DNA from: an uncultured delta proteobacterium
Lineage (GTDB): Bacteria > Myxococcota_A > Polyangia > Polyangiales > Polyangiaceae
NCBI GenBank assembly: GCA_963696385.1
Contig: CAVOKF010000005.1
Span: 1,280,001 to 1,344,000 of the forward strand
Length of the DNA stretch: 64,000 nt
Direction of reading: 5' to 3'
Below, one piece after another: positions 51,299 to 60,276 of this stretch (the stretch's first letter is position 1; every line of letters begins with the position of its first letter). Position numbers and translations under genes: made by a program. Under the pieces are notes generated by a model that was not told the origin of the DNA, did not search any database, and saw nothing but the letters and a program-made list of their open reading frames with translations.

Positions 51299-52590
51299 TC
51301 CTCCGCGATCCAGTCCACGGCCTCGTCGCATTCGAGGCCGACGAGGAGCGAATCGTGGAGCGACTTCTCGACACGCCCGAAGTGCAGCGTCTGCGCCGGG
51401 TGCGCCAGCTGGGGGTCACGTCGCTCGCGTTCCCGGGCGCCGAGCACTCTCGGTTTGCGCATGCGCTCGGGTCGGCCTTCGTCATGAAGCTCCTTTTGGC
51501 GCGGCTGCGCGCGATCCACGGCGTGCTTCCGGAAGCTCAGCGAATCACCCGCCAGCGGGCGCAGCACGCGTTGGCCGCGGCACTGCTGCACGACCTCGGG
51601 CACGGGCCCTTGTCGCACCTGTTCGAAGAGGCCATTCCGGGCACGCCGGCGCATGAAACCTGGACGGAGCGAATCGTGCTCGATTCGGCCACCGCTGTTC
51701 ATCGAGTGCTTGCGGACGCGGATCCAGCGATGCCCGCGCGTGTCGTCGACCTCGTTCACGGACGGCACGAACTCGCATACCTCGCGAAAGCGGTGAGCGG
51801 CGAGCTGGACGTCGACCGCTGCGATTATCTTCTTCGCGACGCGCACGCGACGGGCGTCCGCTATGGCCTTTACGACCTCGACTGGCTCCTTCGAAGCCTC
51901 TGCTTCGGCCCGGTCTCGGCTTCCACGATTGCCGCGCCCGAGCTGGCCATCGATGGAGCCAAGGGTTTGCCGGCCATCGAAGCGTTCATCACGGCACGGC
52001 TCTTCATGTTCCAACAAGTCTACCTGCACAAGGCGACGCGGGCAGCCGAGTGGATGATCCGAACGATCCTGGCGCGCGCCGTTTCGGTTTTGCGATCCGG
52101 GGCGCGACTCGACGCCGTGCCGGCGGCCGTCGTCTCGGCGGCACGTGAAGAGCCGATTCTTCTCGGAGACTACCTGGCTCTCGACGATGACGTCCTCTGG
52201 GTAGCCATGCGCGCCTGGGAACAGGCACCCGACGCACCGCTAGCGGACCTATCCAGGCGAATTCGGACCCGCTCGCTGTTCAAGACGCTGGAGCTCTTTG
52301 GCGAGCAGGCGACGATCGACGGCCGCGCGCGTGCTCTGGCCGTTGCCCGCGACGTCGCCCGCCACCGGGGATTCAATCCCGACGTTTACGTCGGAGTCGA
52401 CGTCGCGAGCGATGAGCCGTTCGGAGCCAGGGACGCACCGCTCACGGTGGTTTATTCGAAAGGGCCAGCTCGCCCCCTACACGAAGTTTCGTTTTTGCTG
52501 GGACGGCTCGCGGGACAAGTTCTCTCGCGCGTTCGCTTGGTTCTCGCGCCGGAGCTCCGTGAGCCGGTCACGCATGCCCTCGGGATTTGA
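51295..52590 (+). CDS. HD-domain phosphohydrolase (dNTP triphosphohydrolase/SAMHD1-like)
   Basis: RDPVHG, QRLRRVRQLG, HSRFAH, LHDLGHGPLSH, DVDRCDYLLRD, VYLHK; GTGA overlap with the methyltransferase gene. Confidence 0.92.
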   Translation: MILRDPVHGLVAFEADEERIVERLLDTPEVQRLRRVRQLGVTSLAFPGAEHSRFAHALGSAFVMKLLLARLRAIHGVLPEAQRITRQRAQHALAAALLHDLGHGPLSHLFEEAIPGTPAHETWTERIVLDSATAVHRVLADADPAMPARVVDLVHGRHELAYLAKAVSGELDVDRCDYLLRDAHATGVRYGLYDLDWLLRSLCFGPVSASTIAAPELAIDGAKGLPAIEAFITARLFMFQQVYLHKATRAAEWMIRTILARAVSVLRSGARLDAVPAAVVSAAREEPILLGDYLALDDDVLWVAMRAWEQAPDAPLADLSRRIRTRSLFKTLELFGEQATIDGRARALAVARDVARHRGFNPDVYVGVDVASDEPFGARDAPLTVVYSKGPARPLHEVSFLLGRLAGQVLSRVRLVLAPELREPVTHALGI

Positions 52591-53224
52591 ACGCGCGGTC
52601 TTCGCGGCGATGTCCGTGTCGTTCGTGCTTGGCGCAGTCCCCTCATGGGCCGACGGCGCGGCCAATCCGACATACGGGCGCATGAATGGCGACCTCAGTC
52701 TGGTCGTGGGTGCCGGGGCGATGGTGGTTCCGGGCGCACCGCGCGTCGAAGGCGAGATCCGGATCCGATACCTCGACACGGCCGGCGTCTTCGCCGCTTA
52801 CGAAGACGGTCCCCTCGTCGCCTCCGATTCGGAGCCGAGACGCGCCCTCAGCACCGGCGTCGAGCTCCGGCCCGTCTTTCTCGCTCGATGGTTGAACGGA
52901 CTCGAGACCGAGCGCGCTCGTCTCGACATGGTGCTCGATTCGATCGGCCTCGATCTTGGAGCGATTTTTTTGCAGCCGCGGGCAGGGGGGTTCGCGTCGC
53001 GATCCGGGCTTCTGGTCGGGCTTGGCGTCGAGATTCCGATATTCGCGAATGCGTCGGGACCTTGGATCGACTTGCAGGGTGGCATGCGATGGAGCGAGGA
53101 AGCCGTTGCACTCGGCATCGTGCGCGGACTCGTCGATCGCAGCGCTTTTCTGGCGATCACGCTCTCCTGGCACCAATTCGTATCCACTCACCTCGTCGAC
53201 GTTTGGGACGAGGCGCCGCAGTAA
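52574..53224 (+). CDS. Exported hypothetical protein, possible small beta-barrel
   Basis: Signal peptide (...AVPSWA-D), alternating amphipathic strands, aromatic C-terminal strand. Confidence 0.6.
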   Translation: MPSGFERAVFAAMSVSFVLGAVPSWADGAANPTYGRMNGDLSLVVGAGAMVVPGAPRVEGEIRIRYLDTAGVFAAYEDGPLVASDSEPRRALSTGVELRPVFLARWLNGLETERARLDMVLDSIGLDLGAIFLQPRAGGFASRSGLLVGLGVEIPIFANASGPWIDLQGGMRWSEEAVALGIVRGLVDRSAFLAITLSWHQFVSTHLVDVWDEAPQ

Positions 53225-53231
53225 GCGGCGG

Positions 53232-54224
53232 TCAAGGTGTGCCGGGATCGCGGCCGCGCGGGCCCATGGCGCTTTCCACGAGGCCGGCCAACGCGCAGTT
53301 GTTGGCCTGACGTTGCATGGCGTCGCGCGTCTCCGGGTCCGTGACGGGCCGCTCGCCGGTCGAAATGACGCGCGAGCTGCCCGATCGTCGGAGACGCAAA
53401 ATCTCCTTATTCGTTCGGAGGTCGAAGACCTCGACGCGCGCCGGGTGCGCAATGAGCTGAAGCGCTTCTTCCGTCATGAGGCCCGCCTCGGTCTGCTCGG
53501 CGTCGGCGACGGCTTCGTCCAACACCAAGAGGAAAAATTGAGCACGCGTCACGACATCGACGGCGATCGGGATCTCGTCGCGCACGGCGGTGTCGTACTG
53601 CTCTGAAAAGACGCGCATGCGCATGTCGCCGTCGGCGTCTTTTACGGCGCGAACCCACGTGTCGCCCAAAATCCTCGTTGCGGCATAGGCTCGCCCGAGG
53701 TTCCACGGCTGCTCGGCGAACGCGCCCCCGTCAATCTCGCCCCGAAGCCCGCGTTCGTTCGGCTCACGCAGCAGACAGCTTGCGAACGCGTCCTTTTTGG
53801 CGTCGGCGGCGACCCGACGAATGTCTCCGACGGTCATCGCATCGGCTACGCGCATCCGAAGATACAGCCCCGGCTGCGTCCGGAACGCACCGCCACGGGC
53901 CTCGGGCTCGACGAGGTCGCCGGCGTAAGCCCTCGCAGCGCCCAAGACGTCTTCTTCCAGGCGATCCCGGAGGGGGAACCACCGAACGCCCAGTGTCGCC
54001 TCGAGCGCACGCTGCTTGGCAAGCAGAGCTTGCTTGTCGGAGTTGAGCTCGCGGCTGCTGACGATCGTGTGCAGGATCAGTCCGAGTAGGACAGCGCCAG
54101 CGGCCGTGAGACCAGCCCGCATCGTCCAGCGGGGACCGCGCCGCGAACGCTCTTCGCGTGCGCGAGAGATGGCCGGAAGGCCGCGAGGGCCCTTCTTGAG
54201 GTCCGCCATGTCGAGGTCCGCCAC
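53232..54224 (-). CDS. Hypothetical single-pass membrane protein
   Basis: One TM (AAGAVLLGLILHTIV) then about 270 aa of probable periplasmic region with two Cys; 31 bp downstream of the tolR-like gene. Confidence 0.75.
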   Translation of the reverse strand: MADLDMADLKKGPRGLPAISRAREERSRRGPRWTMRAGLTAAGAVLLGLILHTIVSSRELNSDKQALLAKQRALEATLGVRWFPLRDRLEEDVLGAARAYAGDLVEPEARGGAFRTQPGLYLRMRVADAMTVGDIRRVAADAKKDAFASCLLREPNERGLRGEIDGGAFAEQPWNLGRAYAATRILGDTWVRAVKDADGDMRMRVFSEQYDTAVRDEIPIAVDVVTRAQFFLLVLDEAVADAEQTEAGLMTEEALQLIAHPARVEVFDLRTNKEILRLRRSGSSRVISTGERPVTDPETRDAMQRQANNCALAGLVESAMGPRGRDPGTP

Positions 54225-54255
54225 CGGAACGCAAGGCGCCCGGTATCCGAGGAGA

Positions 54256-54798
54256 TCAGCGTGCCGTCTTCGGCAGGTTGTTCACCATGAAGCTCACGTT
54301 TGGGAAACCAGCGAACGCTGCCGTTTGAAAGACGCTCTTCACGATGACGGCTTTGATGTTCTGATCGATCTGAAGCATCACCACACCGGGAAAATCCTTG
54401 TTCGGGTGCGTTTGCTTCCAGAGCTCGCGCTTGGCTTTGAGGACGTTGAAGAGCTCGTCGATTCGTTGCATCCGATCGGACTCCTCGATCGCGCGCGTAT
54501 TTCCGGTCGGCGAACCGTCGACCAAGATCTCGCTACCGACCACGGCCACCATCGGCGCGTCGATCATGTCGAGCGTATTTTCCGCCTTCGGCAGGTTGAG
54601 CCCCTTGGCGATGGGCGTTTCCCCGCTGGCACTGAACGTCATGAGCAAGAACACGACGGTCACGACGAGAAAATCGATCATGCTCGTCAGCGACAGGGCG
54701 GCATTCGTCGAACGATGCCCGCCGCCACTGACTTTCCGTTCGACGAACTCGAGCCCCACGTGATGCATGAGGCGCCGGTTGGGCTGCTGGATGGCCAT
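54256..54798 (-). CDS. ExbD/TolR family protein
   Basis: LSLTSMIDFLVVTVVFLLMTF, LNLPKA, MLQID. Confidence 0.92.
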   Translation of the reverse strand: MAIQQPNRRLMHHVGLEFVERKVSGGGHRSTNAALSLTSMIDFLVVTVVFLLMTFSASGETPIAKGLNLPKAENTLDMIDAPMVAVVGSEILVDGSPTGNTRAIEESDRMQRIDELFNVLKAKRELWKQTHPNKDFPGVVMLQIDQNIKAVIVKSVFQTAAFAGFPNVSFMVNNLPKTAR

Positions 54799-54838
54799 CT
54801 TGAATCCTGGTGCGTGGACGCGAGGGTTTAGCCTGGGG

Positions 54839-55411
54839 TCAGTTCACCGCGAAGGTAATGTTGAACGCCGGCACTTTCTCGGTCTTTGGGCCGAGCTGCA
54901 TGTCCCGGTGCGTTTGGTAAATCGCGTCGATGACGCCGATGATGTACTTGAATTCGGTCTTGTTGTCGGTGTGCAGAATCGCTTGATCGACCTTACGGTC
55001 CGTCGGGTTCGAATGCTGCCCCTTGGCCTTCCACTCGCTCTCGACCTTGTCCGCCAGGTCGGGAAAGCGCACGACCTGAACGGCCCCTTGATCGGTGACG
55101 ACGTCCTTGCGTGGGACGTCGATAGAGTCGACCGTTGTGCTGCCCTGCTTCCAGATAAGGACGAACTTGTCCTCGGATCGCATCTCCACGTGAAGTTGCT
55201 TTTCCGGCTCGACCTTCTCTTGTTCGACGTCGGGACGCGGCGGGCCGGGCACTTGAGCATCGGCGTTGATCCGAGCCATGTGCGTCCACACCGCCGTGAT
55301 GAGAAGAAACGAAATGGTCACCATGAGCAGGTCGATCATCGGAATCATGTTGATGTCCGAATCGACCTTCTTCCGCCCGCCGCCACCGCCACCGACGTCT
55401 ACGCCACCCAT
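54839..55411 (-). CDS. ExbD/TolR family protein
   Basis: DINMIPMIDLLMVTISFLLITAVW; IIGVIDAI. Confidence 0.92.
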   Translation of the reverse strand: MGGVDVGGGGGGRKKVDSDINMIPMIDLLMVTISFLLITAVWTHMARINADAQVPGPPRPDVEQEKVEPEKQLHVEMRSEDKFVLIWKQGSTTVDSIDVPRKDVVTDQGAVQVVRFPDLADKVESEWKAKGQHSNPTDRKVDQAILHTDNKTEFKYIIGVIDAIYQTHRDMQLGPKTEKVPAFNITFAVN

Positions 55412-55502
55412 GGTGCTCTCCGCTGCGCATCCTCCGCGGCGCGGAGCGACTCATGCGAGCTCCGCGACGCGAATGAGCGGTTTGACCGTTGCAATGCGAC
55501 CA

Positions 55503-56156
55503 TCACCCGGACAAGCCGCCCAAGTTGACCTTTTGCCGATTCGTCACGACGAGGTTGAGCACTTGCACGCTCGCCTCGTTGATGTCGTCTTCGAGCGATT
55601 GCGTCTTGCCGTTGAGTACGGCAAAGCCGATGAGGCCCAGGATCGCGACAATGAGTCCGAACGCCGTGCAGTTCATGGCTTCCGAGATGCCTTCTGCCAG
55701 GATTCGGGCTTTTTGACTCGGATCCACGCTCTCCCCCGAGACGGCCCCGAAGCTCACGATGAGGCCGGAGACCGTTCCGAGCAAGCCGCTGAGCATCGAG
55801 AGGTTCGCAAGGAGCGCGAGATACCCGGTGTTCTTGGCGATTCGCGGAACTTCGCGAAGCGCCGCTTCGTCCATGGCCGCTTGGACCTCCTCGTCTGGAC
55901 GGTTCACTTTGACGAGCCCCGCCTGCACGATGCGCGCGAGCGGCGCATTCGCTGCCGAGCACATCTTGACGGCCTTTGCGATGTCACCTGCGAGGATGCA
56001 CTTCTGCATCGTCGCAAGAAACACATCCTTGTTGATGGACGCGCCGAAAAGGTAAAGCGCCCTTTCGACAATCACGCCCACTGTAATGATGGACCAGAAG
56101 AGGATGACGTACATCCCCCATCCGCCTTCCTTGAAATGCTTCCACACAGCAGCCAT
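55503..56156 (-). CDS. MotA/TolQ/ExbB proton channel protein
   Basis: GGWGMY, IVER, GLLGTV, GISEAMNCTAFGL; GGAGG RBS. Confidence 0.94.
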   Translation of the reverse strand: MAAVWKHFKEGGWGMYVILFWSIITVGVIVERALYLFGASINKDVFLATMQKCILAGDIAKAVKMCSAANAPLARIVQAGLVKVNRPDEEVQAAMDEAALREVPRIAKNTGYLALLANLSMLSGLLGTVSGLIVSFGAVSGESVDPSQKARILAEGISEAMNCTAFGLIVAILGLIGFAVLNGKTQSLEDDINEASVQVLNLVVTNRQKVNLGGLSG

Positions 56157-57016
56157 CGAACCGTCCTCCGTCAGGTATTTGTCGGCAGCGCTTAGGGCGC
56201 CTAGTCACCCGGGCGGTCGGCCCCGGTGCACCGAGTATCGTTGCGAGCGATGAGTTGACCTCGAGCGGGTCTCTTAGTTCCCAGTATTCACGCTCGTGCC
56301 AGCCGCACGAGAGCGTCGGGACGTTATCTGAATGAATCGGCGCCAAGCAAGCCGCCTGCGCCAGTACGTGGACGCCATCGCCCGAACGGGCGCCCGGTAC
56401 AGCGCTCAGACGCATGAAGACCACGAGCCTGACAGGTGATGCGGAAGGACGTCAAGCGAGTTGGAGCCGGATCAGCCCCTCTGGCGACATGTATTCTCAC
56501 AGTCGCGCACAGAGCGACAGGTGCAACGAAGTTTTATGTCGCTACGTCACTGGAATGGCCTGTCGCGGCACAGGAGGGCCGCGGCCGGGGCTAGACCGCC
56601 GCCGGCCCACGAAGGTCGACCGGGCTCCCGACCGGGTGGCGAAGCCGCCGCGACAACCTGCGATCGGCGCCCACGGCCCGGCCACCTTCGTCCTCCGCGG
56701 CGTGTCGTCGTTGACTCCAGCGATCCCGAGGCGCTATCGTCGGCGATGCAAGGCCCGCTCGCCCGTCTTCGGGAGCGGGGCGGGCGACGCAATGAGCGAG
56801 TACGTCTGGCCGATCACGGGGTAGGCAAGGGCCGTCCCCGAGTGAGGCCGGCCGCGGGAGCGGGAGATGGAGTAGACGCGGAGCGCGGTGACCCCGCGAT
56901 CCCCAAATTGGCGTGTTTTGAAGCGCGTGCCGTTATACTGGGCGCGTACAGTCGAATAAACCCGAGGCGCGCAGGAAGCGCCGGTCGATCGCAGACTTAG
57001 AAAGGAGCGGCGGGGA

Positions 57017-57706
57017 ATGTTGGTGGTCCTAGTTGCGGAGCAGGCGGCCCAGGCCGCGGGCGGGAGCGGGGGCCTCATGGGCGCCTTCAAAGAGCGTCCG
57101 ACGTTCCTGGTTGCCAACCTCATCGTGAGCGCGGTCGTCATTGCGATGGTCATCGAGCGCGTGGCGTTTCAACTCTCGAAGTACAGCGTGAATTCGAAGG
57201 AGTTTTTCGCGCAGATCAAGAAGTTGGTTACGGCAGGCAACATCGATCGCGCCATCAAGCTCTGCGACGCCGGGGACTATCCGACGCTGCAGCTCGTGAA
57301 GGCGGGGCTGACGCATGCCAACAAAGGCCCAGACGAGATCGACGCGGCAATGAGCGAAAAGATGGGCGAGTTGCGACCCGCAGTGGAAAAGCGGATCGGC
57401 TCGCTCTGGTCGCTCGCCAACATCGCGACGCTCATAGGCCTCCTCGGAACGGTCACGGGGCTCATCACGACGTTCAATGCCGTATCCGATCCGCGATTGT
57501 CGGCCGCGCAGCGTCAGGCGCAGCTGTCGCTCGGCATCTCGGAGGCCATGTACAACACGGCGTTCGGTCTCGGAATCGCCGTGACGTGCATGATCGCGCA
57601 CCTATTTCTCCACCAGCGAGCGAAGAACATTCAGCACGATCTGGACGCTACGCAGGAGCGTGTGTTCAACCTGCTCACCATCCAGACGCGTCCCGGCAGC
57701 TACTGA
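57017..57706 (+). CDS. aglR: MotA/TolQ/ExbB protein, AglR-like
   Basis: ANIATLIGLLGTV, GISEAMYNTAFGL; first gene of a TolQ-TolR-TolR operon. Orthology to AglR is inferred. Confidence 0.75.
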   Translation: MLVVLVAEQAAQAAGGSGGLMGAFKERPTFLVANLIVSAVVIAMVIERVAFQLSKYSVNSKEFFAQIKKLVTAGNIDRAIKLCDAGDYPTLQLVKAGLTHANKGPDEIDAAMSEKMGELRPAVEKRIGSLWSLANIATLIGLLGTVTGLITTFNAVSDPRLSAAQRQAQLSLGISEAMYNTAFGLGIAVTCMIAHLFLHQRAKNIQHDLDATQERVFNLLTIQTRPGSY

Positions 57707-57724
57707 TCGCGACGGGAACCCGCG

Positions 57725-58294
57725 ATGCCGGATACCGAAAAGCTCAGCGCGGCGCAGCGGAGCAAAGTCCGCCGCCTATCCAGGCCGCAAGAGTTCGCAC
57801 CCGACGAGGAGGGCGGCGAGCTCAACATCGTTCCCTTCCTCGACATCATTACCAACGTGCTGATGTTCGTCCTCGCGACGATTTCGGTCACCTTCACGAC
57901 GATGATCGACTCCGAGCCACCGCGCGCCGGAGGTTCGAACGCACGCCCGCCGACGAAGCCGTCGCTCTCGCTCAACATCGTTGTCATCGACAAAGGGTTC
58001 ATCGTGTCGGCCTTCGGGCAGCGAATCGGCGAGGGATGCCAAGGGCCCGGCTCGGGACTGGCCGTTGGACTCAAGACATCGGATGGCCGGCAGGACTATG
58101 ACTACGCGTCGTTGACGTCGTGCGCAAAGCGGCTCAAAAATCAGGTTCCAGAGGCCGCCGAAGAGAAAGCCGCAACGCTTACGGCCAACAAGGACATCCC
58201 GTACCAAGTCATCATCAGCACCATTGACGCGATCCGCCGCGGCGACGACGGGCAAGAGCTTTTCCCGGACATCAACTTCGGAGTGCCCAAGTAG
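57725..58294 (+). CDS. aglQ: ExbD/TolR protein, AglQ-like
   Basis: GELNIVPFLDIITNVLMFVLAT; IPYQVIISTIDA...LFP. Orthology is inferred. Confidence 0.72.
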   Translation: MPDTEKLSAAQRSKVRRLSRPQEFAPDEEGGELNIVPFLDIITNVLMFVLATISVTFTTMIDSEPPRAGGSNARPPTKPSLSLNIVVIDKGFIVSAFGQRIGEGCQGPGSGLAVGLKTSDGRQDYDYASLTSCAKRLKNQVPEAAEEKAATLTANKDIPYQVIISTIDAIRRGDDGQELFPDINFGVPK

Positions 58295-58296
58295 CC

Positions 58297-58923
58297 ATGA
58301 GCGAGCCGCCCGTAGGGGTCGAGCAGAAGACCGCCAAGCCTGCGCCGCAAAAGCCGGCCAGCCTTGCCGTGTACAAGCGCGAGCTGCGCAAAGCGATTGC
58401 GCGCAACCAGGTCGAACCCGAAATCATGTTTCTGAACATCACGGCAATGATGGATATGATGACCATCATCCTGGTGTTCCTGCTGAAAAGCTTGAGCACA
58501 TCGACGGCATCGTTGCCGCAATCGCAAGACCTTCGGCTTCCCAAGAGCGTCCTCACTACAGAACCCGACTCCGAACCCGAGGGCCTGCCGGTCATCGTAT
58601 CCAAGTCGCAGATTATCGTGGGCGAATCGGTCGTGGGTCCAGTTCCGCCCGATGCGGCTCAGTACGGGGTCGAGGCGAAGTACAAGCGTGGGTCGCGCAA
58701 CGACTACTTCATCGTACCGCTCGGCAGCGCTCTCCAGGCATGGCGCGATGCGGACAAGCAAATTCGGCTGCGGACGGGCAAGGATCCCTCTCGGAGCGAG
58801 GCGATCCTCATCGCGGACTCCTCGACGCCGTACCGACTTCTGACCGAAGTGATGTACACGCTGGGGCAGACCGAGTTTTCTCAGTTTCACCTGATGGTCC
58901 TGCAAAGCGACAAGAGCAAGTAG
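58297..58923 (+). CDS. aglS: ExbD/TolR protein, AglS-like
   Basis: LNITAMMDMMTIILVFLLKS; IAD..TPYRLLTEVMYTLGQ. Orthology is inferred. Confidence 0.72.
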   Translation: MSEPPVGVEQKTAKPAPQKPASLAVYKRELRKAIARNQVEPEIMFLNITAMMDMMTIILVFLLKSLSTSTASLPQSQDLRLPKSVLTTEPDSEPEGLPVIVSKSQIIVGESVVGPVPPDAAQYGVEAKYKRGSRNDYFIVPLGSALQAWRDADKQIRLRTGKDPSRSEAILIADSSTPYRLLTEVMYTLGQTEFSQFHLMVLQSDKSK

Positions 58924-58932
58924 CGTCGCCCT

Positions 58933-58954
58933 CAAAGCCGCTCCCGCGGCTTTG
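58933..58954 (+). terminator. Probable intrinsic terminator hairpin after the aglRQS-like operon
   Basis: Perfect 9-bp stem CAAAGCCGC-TCCC-GCGGCTTTG, 9 nt after the stop; the U tract is short. Confidence 0.55.
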
Positions 58955-59119
58955 CTAGTGGCTCATCCCGCAAGAACCATTGCACTTATCGATTCGCGCG
59001 ACTTGCGGCAATGGGCCACTAGTACCCCGATTCCATGAAACGGAGGGGTTGAGACCACCCGATCCCGTCGGGAATATCGCGGAAAACGACCCTTCCATTC
59101 CGCGGAATCGAGGTACTAG
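58955..59119. repeat. Two abutting CTAG-bounded inverted-repeat elements (MITE-like)
   Basis: CTAG at 58955, 59019 and 59116. Unit A arms CTAGTGGCTCATCCCGCAAG / CTTGCGGCAATGGGCCACTAG. Unit B has 33-nt arms matching at 26 positions. Confidence 0.75.
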
Positions 59120-60276
59120 AGTCCGATGAGCGGTGTCGAGCGGGTTGGTGGCGCGTAAAACCGTCGCATGGACACGTTCATGACGAGGCCGACGCCGATC
59201 AAGATCGTCATGACGCTCGAACCTCCGTACGAAAAGAGCGGCAACGTGACGCCGACGACAGGGAGCAGCCCGGTGACCATTCCGAGGTTGAAGACGACGT
59301 GCCAGAAGACGATGCTGCCGACGCCCACGGCGAGGACGGCGCCGAAGCGGTCTTTCGCCGTCGACGCGATTCGCAAGCACCAGAACACCAGGACTGTGTA
59401 GAGCGCGACGAGTGCGAGGCTACCGACGAACCCCCACTCCTCCGCGAACACCGGAAACGGGAAGTCGCTGTGCTGCTCGTGCAGGAACATGAACTGGTTC
59501 TGCGATCCCTTCATGAAGCCCTGGCCGAACAGGCCTCCGTTTCCCACCGCAATGCGCGCCTGATGCGGGTCCCAGTTGTAACCGAGGATGTTCTCGTTCG
59601 GATTCAGCCACGCATTGATTCGCTCGTTCTGGTACCCGCGCAGACCGTGGCTCCAGAATAAAGGGGCCACTACGGCCACGGCAATGCCCAGGCCGATGAG
59701 GCTGTGCGCTTGGATGCGCATCAGGGCGCAGACCGAAACCAACACGAGCACCAAAATCAGGCCCGTGCCGAGGTCGGGCTGAAGCATGACGAGCGCCGTG
59801 GGGACGGAAGCCACGAGAGCCGGGACGATGAGGTCCTTAAGGGTCCTGCCCTCGTTCTTGGGGTCGTCGTGCAAATACTTGGCGAGCGCAATGACCAGAA
59901 AAAGCTTCATGAACTCGCTCGGTTGAAAGCTGTAGGATCCGATGTAGATCCATCTTGAGCTGCCTCGAATCTCGCGTCCGAGGATGAAGACGAGGAGCAG
60001 CAGCACGACGCCGACCGCGTAGAGCGCATAGCCCAGCCGCTCGTAGTGGCGGTAGTCGATCGCCGCGACGACCGTGCCGAGGATGCCGCCGGCCACCAGC
60101 CAGTAGATCTGTTGAATGTAATCGTCCGAATGTGCCCCGCGAACGACGCTCGTGGCGGAGTACAGGTTGATGACGCCGATCACGGCGAGCGCGGCGACCG
60201 CGATGAACAACGTCCAGTCGAAGTGATCCCTCGCGTGTCCCGATAGGAACCCCCCGCCTTCGGCGCGCAGCCTCAC
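59116..60276 (-). CDS. rodA: Rod shape-determining SEDS protein RodA
   Basis: GSSRWI, FQPSEFMK, QPDLGT, HSDF, LPVVGVTLPLFSYGGSS; GTGA overlap with mrdA. Confidence 0.96.
   Translation of the reverse strand: MRLRAEGGGFLSGHARDHFDWTLFIAVAALAVIGVINLYSATSVVRGAHSDDYIQQIYWLVAGGILGTVVAAIDYRHYERLGYALYAVGVVLLLLVFILGREIRGSSRWIYIGSYSFQPSEFMKLFLVIALAKYLHDDPKNEGRTLKDLIVPALVASVPTALVMLQPDLGTGLILVLVLVSVCALMRIQAHSLIGLGIAVAVVAPLFWSHGLRGYQNERINAWLNPNENILGYNWDPHQARIAVGNGGLFGQGFMKGSQNQFMFLHEQHSDFPFPVFAEEWGFVGSLALVALYTVLVFWCLRIASTAKDRFGAVLAVGVGSIVFWHVVFNLGMVTGLLPVVGVTLPLFSYGGSSVMTILIGVGLVMNVSMRRFYAPPTRSTPLIGL

Noticed and set aside
56287..56301. Sigma-54 promoter for the left motor operon (TGGCACGAGCGTGAA, minus strand)
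   Set aside because: Good -24 box but no GC at -12; not listed as a feature.
56414..57000. ORFs 56414..56824 and 56461..57000 between the motor operons
   Set aside because: Arg/Pro-rich low-complexity translations with no motifs or convincing RBS.
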